A stretch of 64,000 bases of DNA from an uncultured bacterium. Its GTDB lineage: Bacteria > Actinomycetota > Acidimicrobiia > Spongiisociales > UBA5794. Shown here piece after piece: positions 56,261-64,000 of the stretch (position 1 is the stretch's first letter; each line of letters starts with the position of its first letter). The stretch is from NCBI GenBank assembly GCA_963801165.1, contig CAWDDT010000007.1:229152-293151 (forward strand), read 5' to 3'. Below the pieces are notes generated by a model. It made no database searches and was not told the origin of the DNA. It was given only the letters and a program-made list of their open reading frames with translations. The position numbers and the translations under genes are program-made.

Positions 56261-57247
56261 ATGCATCCGACAATTGGCACGACCGGTGATCTCGCCATCG
56301 AGACCATCGGGCTGACCAAGACCTACCCCAAGGGTGTCACCGCACTCGATGCGCTGTCGCTCAGCGCGGTCCGTGGGGAGGTGTTCGGGCTGCTCGGCCC
56401 GAACGGCGCCGGCAAGTCGACGGCGATCAACATCCTGACAACGCTGGCCAAGCCCGATTCCGGCACCGCCCGCGTCGGCGGATTTGATGTCGCCGCACAG
56501 ATGAAGGAGGTGAGGAGGCTCATCGGCGTCGTCGCCCAGCAGTCTGGTGCCGACCCCTCTGCCACGGCACGCGAGAACCTGCTGTTGCAGGGGAGGCTGT
56601 ACGGGCTCACCGGCCGAGAGCTGAAGGGACGGGCTGGCGAGCTCCTCGAGCGGTTTGGTCTGGTGGACGACGCCGGGCGTCCGGTGAAGACGTTCTCCGG
56701 TGGCATGCGGAGGCGTCTCGACGTCGCCCTTGGATTGATCCACCGTCCCGAGGTGTTATTCCTCGATGAGCCGACATCCGGGCTCGACCCCGAGGCCAGG
56801 TCGGCGATGTGGAGCGAGATCGAGAGCCTCTCCGGGGAAGGGGTATCGGTGTTGCTCACGACCCATTATCTCGACGAGGCCGATCGTCTCGCCGACCGTC
56901 TGGCCCTGATCGACAACGGGAAGCTGGTAGCCGCGGGCACTCCCGATGAGCTCAAGTCGGGGCTGAGCGGCGACGCCATCCACATCGAGCTGGCACCGGG
57001 CACTGATTCGATCGCTCGAGCCGCCGAAGTGATGCAGGCACTACCCGACCTCAGTGAGATATCGACGGAGCATCGTCGGCTCTCGGCCCGGGTCGCTCAT
57101 GGTGCAGCTGCGCTGCCGCTGACTCTGGCTGCACTGGATCGTGCCGGCATCGACGTCGTCGCGGCGACGGTCGCCCGGCCATCGCTGGACGACGTCTACC
57201 TGCGTCACACCGGTCACACCTACACAGAGAGAAAGGATGCGGCATGA
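56261..57247 (+). CDS. DrrA-like ABC exporter ATP-binding protein
   Basis: GPNGAGKST, FSGGMRRRLD, LDEPTSGLDP and C-terminal RPSLDDVYL..TG. Confidence 0.92.
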   Translation: MHPTIGTTGDLAIETIGLTKTYPKGVTALDALSLSAVRGEVFGLLGPNGAGKSTAINILTTLAKPDSGTARVGGFDVAAQMKEVRRLIGVVAQQSGADPSATARENLLLQGRLYGLTGRELKGRAGELLERFGLVDDAGRPVKTFSGGMRRRLDVALGLIHRPEVLFLDEPTSGLDPEARSAMWSEIESLSGEGVSVLLTTHYLDEADRLADRLALIDNGKLVAAGTPDELKSGLSGDAIHIELAPGTDSIARAAEVMQALPDLSEISTEHRRLSARVAHGAAALPLTLAALDRAGIDVVAATVARPSLDDVYLRHTGHTYTERKDAA

Positions 57248-58044
57248 CGACGGCGCACCTCAATGCCCGAACGGGTCTTGCCCGCCAGACGTGGTGGATG
57301 ACCCAGCGGCGGCTCATGGCCTTCGTCAGACAGCCGGCGTATCTGTTCATCACGCTCATCCAGCCGGTCGTGTGGCTGTTCCTGTTTGGCAGCCTTTTCG
57401 AGCGGATCACCGAGCTACCCGGTTTCGGCACCGGTTCGTATCTCGACTACCTGGTGCCGGGCATCGTTGTGATGAATGCGGTCTCGTCGAACATATGGGC
57501 CGGCATGGCGATGCTCGAGGAGATCGACCGGGGCACGCTCAACCGGTTCCTGGTGACACCTATCCATCGCACCGCCATCCTCAACGGCACGACCGTAGAG
57601 CAAAGCGTTGGCACGGCCATCCAGTCGACCCTCATCGTGTTATTGGGGTGGGCGGCGGGGGCGTCCTATCCCGGTGGCGTGTCGGGCGTGATCGCACTGA
57701 TCGTGCTCGCGATGCTGCTCGGCACGGTCTTTGGTGGGTTCTCGACTGCCATCGGCATGTTGGCCCGCGAGCGGGAGACGATCATCGGTCTGAGCATGAT
57801 GACGCTGTTGCCGCTGACGTTCCTGTCAACCGTGTTCATGGCGGATCAGCTGATGCCGTCTTGGATTCGCACGGTCGCCAGGTATAACCCGGTCAACTGG
57901 GCAGTGGTCGGCGCCCGGGAAGCTCTGAGCGTCACAACGGACTGGTCTGTGGTCATCTGGCGGGCGGGGCTGCTGGCGGCGCTGGCGGCGTTGATGATGG
58001 CTCTGGCGCTGCGGTCTTTCCGGGCCTACCAGCGCACGGTATAG
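57244..58044 (+). CDS. DrrB-like ABC-2 exporter permease
   Basis: LIQPVVWLFLF, YLDYLVPG, MPSWI and NP motifs; six TM segments. Confidence 0.9.
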   Translation: MTTAHLNARTGLARQTWWMTQRRLMAFVRQPAYLFITLIQPVVWLFLFGSLFERITELPGFGTGSYLDYLVPGIVVMNAVSSNIWAGMAMLEEIDRGTLNRFLVTPIHRTAILNGTTVEQSVGTAIQSTLIVLLGWAAGASYPGGVSGVIALIVLAMLLGTVFGGFSTAIGMLARERETIIGLSMMTLLPLTFLSTVFMADQLMPSWIRTVARYNPVNWAVVGAREALSVTTDWSVVIWRAGLLAALAALMMALALRSFRAYQRTV

Positions 58045-58104
58045 CTGTGACTCGGGGCGTATGAGCCGGCGATAGAGTGGCCCCCACTCAGGAGAAAGGA
58101 CCTC

Positions 58105-60027
58105 ATGCGCCCCGAGCAGCTCGGTGATTTCGCCGTACCTTCCGACCCCAGGCTTCATCCCGACGGCGTCCGGATCGCCTATGTCGTCACTCGTATGGAC
58201 GTGGACGAGGACAAGTACCTGAGACGTATCTGGCTCTGGGACGGCGACGCGGCGCGGCCGCTGACCTCGGGTCCCGCCGATGCCGCGCCTCGCTGGTCTC
58301 CCGACGGCACGAAGCTGGCGTTTGTCCGCAAGACGGAGGGTGACGATGCCAAGCCCCAGGTCGCCCTGCTCGACATGGCTGGCGGAGAGGCCGACATCAT
58401 CACCCACTTCGACCTCGGTGTTACCGAGCTGGAGTGGTCGCCGCGCGGTGACAAGCTGGCGGTGGTTGCCGCCGGGTGGATCCCCGAGCTGGCCGACGTT
58501 GACGAGGAGGAACGCAAGCGCGCCCCGCGGCGGATCACCCGGTTCCCCTATCGGTTCGACAACCTCGGTTGGGTGGCCGAAAGACGATCGCACATACACA
58601 TCATCGACGTCGCTACTGGAGAGGCGGCCCAGCTCACCAGCGGGGACTATGACGAGGACGGCATCGCCTGGCACCCTTCGGGGGAGAAGCTGGCGTTCAC
58701 TTCGGCTCGCCACGAGCGACGTGGCTTGTCACCCGGGTCACAGGTCTGGACGGTTCCCGCCGGAGGCGGCGAGCCCATGGCGCGTACCGAAGTTGGGTTG
58801 TGGGACAGGGTCAGCTACGACCGTAGTGGCAACCTGTACGTTGCCGGGATCGTCGACGTGTGGGGCCATCCCGATGTCGCCCCCCTCTACCGGATCGAGG
58901 ACGACGGGACGATAATCAACCTCACCGCAAAGCTCGACCGCAACCTGTCCCCGCATGCACCGGCGGTGTCTCCGCCGGGTCCCCAGTGGCTCGACGACGG
59001 GGGCGCCGTTGTCACGGTCGAGGACTCGGGTTGCGTCAGGCTGGTCGCATTGAGCAGCGACGGCGTCGTCACGGATCTGCTCGGTGGCGAGCGGGCGATC
59101 ACGGGGGCCAGCCCCAACGGAGACGCCAGCCGGATCGCCTTTGTTGCCACGTCGCCAATCAGCCCGGGCGAGCTGTATCTCCTCGAGGACGGTGCCGAGC
59201 GACAACTGACCAACCTCAACGGCGGCTTTGCGGAATCCACTGATCTGGTCGCACCGCAGCGCTTCGTTATCACCCACGACGGCGTGGAGGTAGAGGGTTG
59301 GGTTTACCTCCCACCCGGCGAAGAGAAGGTGCCGGTCCTGTTCAATATCCACGGCGGCCCAGCCGCGGCCTACGGCAACTGGTTCTTCGACGAATTCCAG
59401 GTCTATGTCGGTGCGGGTTACGGGGTAATAGCCACCAATCCGCGTGGCTCACATGGTTACGGCTCCCATCATGTTCGCTCGATCGTTGGGACGTGGCACG
59501 AGGATGACTCGCCCGACATGATCGACCTCCTTGCCGCGGTAGACGTGGCGGCGGAGCAGTTCCCGCGGCTAGATCTGGAGCGGATGGGCGTGATGGGGGG
59601 TTCCTACGGCGGTTACGCCACCGCCCGGGTGACTGCTCGTGATCATCGCTACAAGTCCGCCGTCGCCGAACGAGGTTTGTATTCCTTCGTGTCGTTCATG
59701 GGCACGTCGGACATCGGGCCCTGGTTCTCTCGGATGTACCTGGGTGACGGTCTCGACGATCTCGATACGGTGTGGCGCGCCGGGCCACTGGCGGAGGCGG
59801 ACGCGATCACGACGCCGACGCTGATCCTGCATTCCGAGGGTGACTTCCGCTGCCCGATCGAGCAAGCCGAGCAGCTCCTGGTCAAGCTGCTACTCAACGA
59901 TGTACCGGCCGAGATGGTGCGGTTCCCCGCGCCGGAGGGTCACGAGTTGTCCCGTGGAGGCAAGCCGAAGCACCGGGTGGATCGGTTCCGGGCCATCCTC
60001 GACTGGCACGACCGCTACCTGAAGTAG
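58105..60027 (+). CDS. S9 family (acylaminoacyl/dipeptidyl) peptidase
   Basis: PD40-like WSPDG repeats, IHGGP, GGSYGG nucleophile, D.RCP and EGH. Confidence 0.93.
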   Translation: MRPEQLGDFAVPSDPRLHPDGVRIAYVVTRMDVDEDKYLRRIWLWDGDAARPLTSGPADAAPRWSPDGTKLAFVRKTEGDDAKPQVALLDMAGGEADIITHFDLGVTELEWSPRGDKLAVVAAGWIPELADVDEEERKRAPRRITRFPYRFDNLGWVAERRSHIHIIDVATGEAAQLTSGDYDEDGIAWHPSGEKLAFTSARHERRGLSPGSQVWTVPAGGGEPMARTEVGLWDRVSYDRSGNLYVAGIVDVWGHPDVAPLYRIEDDGTIINLTAKLDRNLSPHAPAVSPPGPQWLDDGGAVVTVEDSGCVRLVALSSDGVVTDLLGGERAITGASPNGDASRIAFVATSPISPGELYLLEDGAERQLTNLNGGFAESTDLVAPQRFVITHDGVEVEGWVYLPPGEEKVPVLFNIHGGPAAAYGNWFFDEFQVYVGAGYGVIATNPRGSHGYGSHHVRSIVGTWHEDDSPDMIDLLAAVDVAAEQFPRLDLERMGVMGGSYGGYATARVTARDHRYKSAVAERGLYSFVSFMGTSDIGPWFSRMYLGDGLDDLDTVWRAGPLAEADAITTPTLILHSEGDFRCPIEQAEQLLVKLLLNDVPAEMVRFPAPEGHELSRGGKPKHRVDRFRAILDWHDRYLK

Positions 60028-60083
60028 CCCGAGGGTGGCGATGTTCTCGACCAACGCCACAGAGACTGTGGCAAGATAGGCCC

Positions 60084-60995
60084 ATGGAACCCACCAAGCA
60101 CATCTGGTTTGACGGCGAGATGGTCCCCTGGGACGACGCCGATGTTCACGTGCTCTCGCACTCCCTTCACTACGGCTCGGGGGTGTTCGAGGGTATCCGG
60201 GCCTACGAGACGCCGGAGGGTACCGAGGTATTCCGCCTGACCGATCACATGGTCCGGCTGCATCACTCCGCCAAGGCATACAAGATGGACCTCGCCTGGT
60301 CGGTCGAGGAGCTGGTGGAGGCGGCCAAGGAGACGCTGCGGGTGAACGGTCTCGAGGCCGGATATGTTCGGCCCATCACGTTCCTCGAGCTCGGCTCGAT
60401 CGGTCTCAACCCGGCGGGCGCCAACGTGCGAACCGCCATCGCCACGTGGCGATGGGGTGCCTATCTCGGTGAGGAAGGGGTTCGCGACGGGATACGAGTG
60501 AGAGTCTCGTCATGGCGCCGTTTCCCCAACACATCTTTCCCCAACGCCAAGGCAACCGGTACCTACATCAACAGCATCCTCGCCAAGATGGAGGCGGTCT
60601 CGTCGGGCTACGACGAGGCAATCATGCTCAACCAGGACGGCGCTGTCAGCGAGGGGAGCGGCGAGAACATCTTCCTCGTCAACAATGGTGTTGTGTATAC
60701 GCCGCCGATCTCGGTTGGTTGTCTCAACGGGTTGACCCGGGATGCGGTGATGACGCTTCTCGCCGAGGAGGGGTACGAGATCGTCGAGAAGATCCTCGAT
60801 CGGTCCGATCTCTATTACGGCGACGAGGTCTTCTTCACAGGAACCGCCGCCGAGGTGACTCCCGTGCGTGAGATCGACGACCGGTCGGTTGGGGACGGCA
60901 AGCCCGGGCCGGTGACCCGCAAGGCGCAGGCTCTGTTCGCCGACCTAGTGACCGGCAAGCTCGACCGTCATCGCGAGTGGCTCGAGTTCATCTAG
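60084..60995 (+). CDS. ilvE: branched-chain amino acid aminotransferase
   Basis: LHYGSGVFEGIRAY, AKATGTY, EGSGEN and GTAAEVTP. Confidence 0.95.
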   Translation: MEPTKHIWFDGEMVPWDDADVHVLSHSLHYGSGVFEGIRAYETPEGTEVFRLTDHMVRLHHSAKAYKMDLAWSVEELVEAAKETLRVNGLEAGYVRPITFLELGSIGLNPAGANVRTAIATWRWGAYLGEEGVRDGIRVRVSSWRRFPNTSFPNAKATGTYINSILAKMEAVSSGYDEAIMLNQDGAVSEGSGENIFLVNNGVVYTPPISVGCLNGLTRDAVMTLLAEEGYEIVEKILDRSDLYYGDEVFFTGTAAEVTPVREIDDRSVGDGKPGPVTRKAQALFADLVTGKLDRHREWLEFI

Positions 60996-61042
60996 AAGGT
61001 CTGTGGGGGCATTAGCATTCTCCGGCCATCTGGAAGGACATC

Positions 61043-61561
61043 GTGGGACAGCAGCCGAACATCGAACTCGAGATCTCAGATCTGCCCCGGCCCCGGCGCA
61101 AACCGGATCCGGCGCCGAGCTGGGTGCCGGACCGACCCGGTGAGCTCGGTGGCCCCGAGGACATGCGCTCAGGCGCAGGCTTCGGCAGAATCGGCCCCGA
61201 TTCCGGTTATGCCCTTTCCCTGATCGCCGGTCGCGAGCTGGATCTTGCCGAAGGTGAGCACCGGGCCAATGTGGGTGCTGCCCTGGCCGCGATCGTGTCT
61301 GCCCGGTCCTCGCTGTATGGCCGGGCACCGACAGGCAAGGATGTCGACCTGGCGGTCGTTCTGCTCGGGCTCGACCCCGGCATTCCGGAGAGTCTGCGCA
61401 GCGAGCTGGCGGAGAAGCGGAAGGAGTGGTTCGCTGCCGCCGGCCATAATCCGACCAAGCTCTATTCTTTCGTGTCTTCGCTGGACACCGATGTGCTGCG
61501 CCTGACCGCCGGCGAGGCACGCAGCCGGATGGCCGCGGGTACCGCGCTCATCGCGAATTGA
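61043..61561 (+). CDS. hypothetical protein
   Basis: Fills the ilvE-FAH gap on the same strand; GAAGGA RBS precedes the GTG; motifs RPGEL, GPDSGYA and GRAP...D. Confidence 0.7.
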   Translation: MGQQPNIELEISDLPRPRRKPDPAPSWVPDRPGELGGPEDMRSGAGFGRIGPDSGYALSLIAGRELDLAEGEHRANVGAALAAIVSARSSLYGRAPTGKDVDLAVVLLGLDPGIPESLRSELAEKRKEWFAAAGHNPTKLYSFVSSLDTDVLRLTAGEARSRMAAGTALIAN

Positions 61562-61573
61562 CGAGGAGTCCGC

Positions 61574-62356
61574 ATGAAGATCGTTCGTGTCGACAGCGAT
61601 GTTGACGACATCACATACGGGGCCGTCGAGCCCGAGGGTATTCGTATCCATGTGGGCACGCCGCTCGTGGCTTGGGAACCGACCGAGATCGTCATCGGCT
61701 GGGAGCGCGCCCGGCTGCTGGCACCCGTCATTCCCACCAAGGTGGTGGCGGTAGGCCGGAACTATGTGGACCACGCCGATGAGATGGGCAGCGAACTCCC
61801 CGAGCGGCCGCTGATATTTCTCAAGCCACCGACGGCGGTGATCGGGCCTCTCCAGGCCATCCGGGTGCCCCCCGACAGCGAGAACGTGCATCACGAAGCC
61901 GAGCTGGCCGTTGTCGTCGGCAAGGTCGCTCGCGACGTTCGGATCGAGGACGCCGGGTCCTACATCCTCGGGTACACGGCGGCCAACGACGTGACAGCAA
62001 GGGATCTGCAACGCAGCGACGGGCAGTGGACCAGGGCGAAGGGGTTCGACACGTTCTGCCCGCTCGGCCCTGCGATCGACACCGATCTCGACCCGCTCGA
62101 GGGTCTCCAGATCACCTGCCGGGTCAACGGTGACCTGCGCCAGTCGGGGTCGACCGCCGACATGGTCTTCGGCGTCTCCGAGCTGTTGTCGTACATCAGC
62201 CATGTCATGACTTTGCTTCCGGGCGACGTCATCCTCACTGGTACGCCGTCGGGTGTCGGCCCGATCGAGCCGGGCGACAAGGTCGAGGTCGAGATAGAGG
62301 GCATTGGTGTGCTCATGAACCCGGTCGTCGCCCGATCAGAGCGGAAAGCCCGATGA
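61574..62356 (+). CDS. fumarylacetoacetate hydrolase family protein
   Basis: GRNYVDH, FLKP, HEAEL, NDVTARD, AKGFDTF and GDVILTGTP. Confidence 0.93.
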   Translation: MKIVRVDSDVDDITYGAVEPEGIRIHVGTPLVAWEPTEIVIGWERARLLAPVIPTKVVAVGRNYVDHADEMGSELPERPLIFLKPPTAVIGPLQAIRVPPDSENVHHEAELAVVVGKVARDVRIEDAGSYILGYTAANDVTARDLQRSDGQWTRAKGFDTFCPLGPAIDTDLDPLEGLQITCRVNGDLRQSGSTADMVFGVSELLSYISHVMTLLPGDVILTGTPSGVGPIEPGDKVEVEIEGIGVLMNPVVARSERKAR

Positions 62357-63798
62357 CCGTCCGCGTCAGGTTCGCACCCTCGCCGACCGGGTATCTGCAC
62401 GTCGGTGGTGGTCGCACTGCCCTCTACAACTATCTCTTCGCCCGCCACCACGGCGGCACCTTCATTCTGCGTAGCGACGACACCGACGAGCTGCGCAGCA
62501 CCGACGAGTTCCGCCAGGACATCCTGACGAGCATGCGCTGGCTGGGTCTGGATTGGGACGAGGGGATTGGCATCGGTGGCCCCGTGCCGAGTTACCGGCA
62601 GAGCGAGCGGCTCGCCCGCTATCAGGAGGTTGCCGCACAGTTGGTGGCCGCCGGCAAGGCTTATCACAGCTTTGCCACCCCCGAGCAGCTCGATGAGATG
62701 CGCGAGAACGCCCGCAGCGAAGGTCTGTCGCCCGCATACGACGGCCGATTCGAGCCGGCTGCCGGGGAGGCAGCAGCACGGGTCGCGGCCGGGGAGGAGG
62801 CCACGGTCCGGTTCAAGGTACCGCGGCCGGGGGAGACGGTGTTCGAGGACGTCGTCAGGGGTGCGGTCCGCTTCGACCACAAGCAGGTCGAGGATTTCGT
62901 CATCCTGCGCTCCAACGGGACGCCTACCTATCACCTGGCGAGCACGGTCGACGACGTCGACTATGGGATCACTCATGTGATCCGGGGCGAGGATCTCCTG
63001 TCGTCGACGCCGAAGCACATCCTGATAACCACGGCAATGGGCGCCGCACCCGCCGCCTATGCGCACCTATCGCTGCTGATGGGACCCGACGGCAAGAAGC
63101 TGTCGAAACGGCACGGGCACACGTCGCTCAAGGCATACCGGGACGAGGGCTATCTAGCCGCGGCGATGGTCAATTATCTGGCGCTGCTCGGCTGGTCGCC
63201 GGGTGTCGATGAGACGATCGTCCCCCTCTCCGACATGATCGAGCGGTTCGATCTCACCTCCGTCTCGAAGAACGCAGCGATCTTCGACACTGACAAGCTG
63301 GAGTGGATGAACGGGGTCTACATGCGGGAGATGGACCCCGGTTCATTCGTGACCGCGGTCGTGCCGCTGATCGAGAGGGGTCTGGGCCGGTCGCTCGACG
63401 ACGAGGAGGTGGCGACCCTGCATGAGGTTGCCCCGCTGGTACAAGAGCGGACCAAGCTCCTCACCGAGGTGACGCCGCAGGTGGCGTTCCTGTTCGCCGA
63501 CATCGAATACGACGAGAAGTCGTGGGAGAAAGTGATGACCAAGGAGGGAGCAGCCGAAGCCGTCGCCGGCGCCTGGGAACGGCTCAACGGCACCTCGGAC
63601 TGGTCGATGGAATCCATCGAAAGGACGCTCCGAGCCATGCTCGAGGATCTGCAGTTGTCGCCGCGCAAGGGGCTACAACCGCTGCGGGTGGCGATCTCCG
63701 GATCGTCGGTGAGCCCCCCCTTGTTCGAGTCGATGGCGGCGCTGGGAAGAGAGCGGACGCTGGAGAGGTTGGCGAAGACTGCGCTTCGGATGGGGTGA
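62353..63798 (+). CDS. gltX: glutamate--tRNA ligase
   Basis: RFAPSPTG, HVGG, KLSKR and SPPLFE motifs. Confidence 0.96.
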   Translation: MTVRVRFAPSPTGYLHVGGGRTALYNYLFARHHGGTFILRSDDTDELRSTDEFRQDILTSMRWLGLDWDEGIGIGGPVPSYRQSERLARYQEVAAQLVAAGKAYHSFATPEQLDEMRENARSEGLSPAYDGRFEPAAGEAAARVAAGEEATVRFKVPRPGETVFEDVVRGAVRFDHKQVEDFVILRSNGTPTYHLASTVDDVDYGITHVIRGEDLLSSTPKHILITTAMGAAPAAYAHLSLLMGPDGKKLSKRHGHTSLKAYRDEGYLAAAMVNYLALLGWSPGVDETIVPLSDMIERFDLTSVSKNAAIFDTDKLEWMNGVYMREMDPGSFVTAVVPLIERGLGRSLDDEEVATLHEVAPLVQERTKLLTEVTPQVAFLFADIEYDEKSWEKVMTKEGAAEAVAGAWERLNGTSDWSMESIERTLRAMLEDLQLSPRKGLQPLRVAISGSSVSPPLFESMAALGRERTLERLAKTALRMG

Positions 63799-63819
63799 TG
63801 CCGCAGGGTGGCGCTCAGG

Positions 63820-63848
63820 TTGCCATTCGCGGTCGTTGTTCCTAACCT
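63820..63848 (+). promoter_or_regulatory. sigma70 promoter of the tRNA operon
   Basis: TTGCCA, 17 nt spacer, TAACCT, then a GC-rich discriminator. Confidence 0.6.
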
Positions 63849-63861
63849 TCCGGCGCTCCTT

Positions 63862-63933
63862 TCGGGGGTGGTGTAATTGGCAACACAGCAGGTTCTGGTC
63901 CTGTAATTGGGGGTTCAAGTCCTCCCCCCCGAG
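63862..63933 (+). tRNA. tRNA-Gln (CTG)
   Basis: Acceptor stem TCGGGGG/CCCCCGA, D arm GTGT/ACAC, anticodon arm GCAGG-TTCTGGT-CCTGT, T loop TTCAAGT. CCA not encoded. Confidence 0.95.
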
Positions 63934-63967
63934 CGAAGATCCGGCTCTCAGAATCGGATCAGAATAT

Positions 63968-64000
63968 GGCCCCGTCGTCTAGTGGCCTAGGACGCCGCCC
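63968..64000 (+). tRNA. tRNA, 5' half, probably tRNA-Glu (truncated by window end)
   Basis: GGCCCCGTCGTCTAGTGGCCTAGGACGCCGCCC. The anticodon lies outside the window; identity is inferred from sequence style and its position after gltX and tRNA-Gln. Confidence 0.8.

Noticed and set aside
63862-64000. tRNA-anchored genomic island or prophage
   Set aside because: No integrase and no duplicated tRNA 3' end seen in this window; anything downstream lies outside it.

Overview
High-GC bacterial chromosome segment, most likely an actinobacterium (Acidimicrobiia-like). This is inferred from the iscS-mnmA-metE-like-ligA...gatCAB and gltX-tRNA-Gln-tRNA-Glu gene order, sodN, DUF3048, Asp-type MurA and many apparently leaderless genes. 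It is mostly housekeeping and metabolic DNA; I see no transposase, integrase, phage gene or CRISPR array. The main accessory system is a compact bacterial microcompartment (BMC) operon at 16299-22485 of the sugar-phosphate-utilisation (SPU) type. It encodes RpiB, DeoC and an acylating aldehyde dehydrogenase, each with an N-terminal encapsulation-peptide-like helix, plus one hexamer, two different trimers, three pentamers (one frameshifted) and a coupled lipoprotein. Its odd features are an Asp in place of the RpiB catalytic Cys, a His in place of the PduT Fe-S Cys, no PduL or alcohol dehydrogenase, and a triplicated 14-bp RBS. A second candidate novel system is a three-gene secreted fibre/adhesin locus at 46006-49801: two exported proteins share a mature N-terminal VIT[QE]NF motif and flank a membrane protein with an exosortase-like layout. 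Other notable points are a Ni-SOD lacking the conserved Ni-hook Pro, a helical two-Cys domain shared by two lipoproteins, readable PadR, ROK and ECF regulatory sites, and two +1 frameshifts (third BMC pentamer, gatA) that create false fusions and are probably assembly errors. All protein family calls come from motif recognition by eye; no database search was run.
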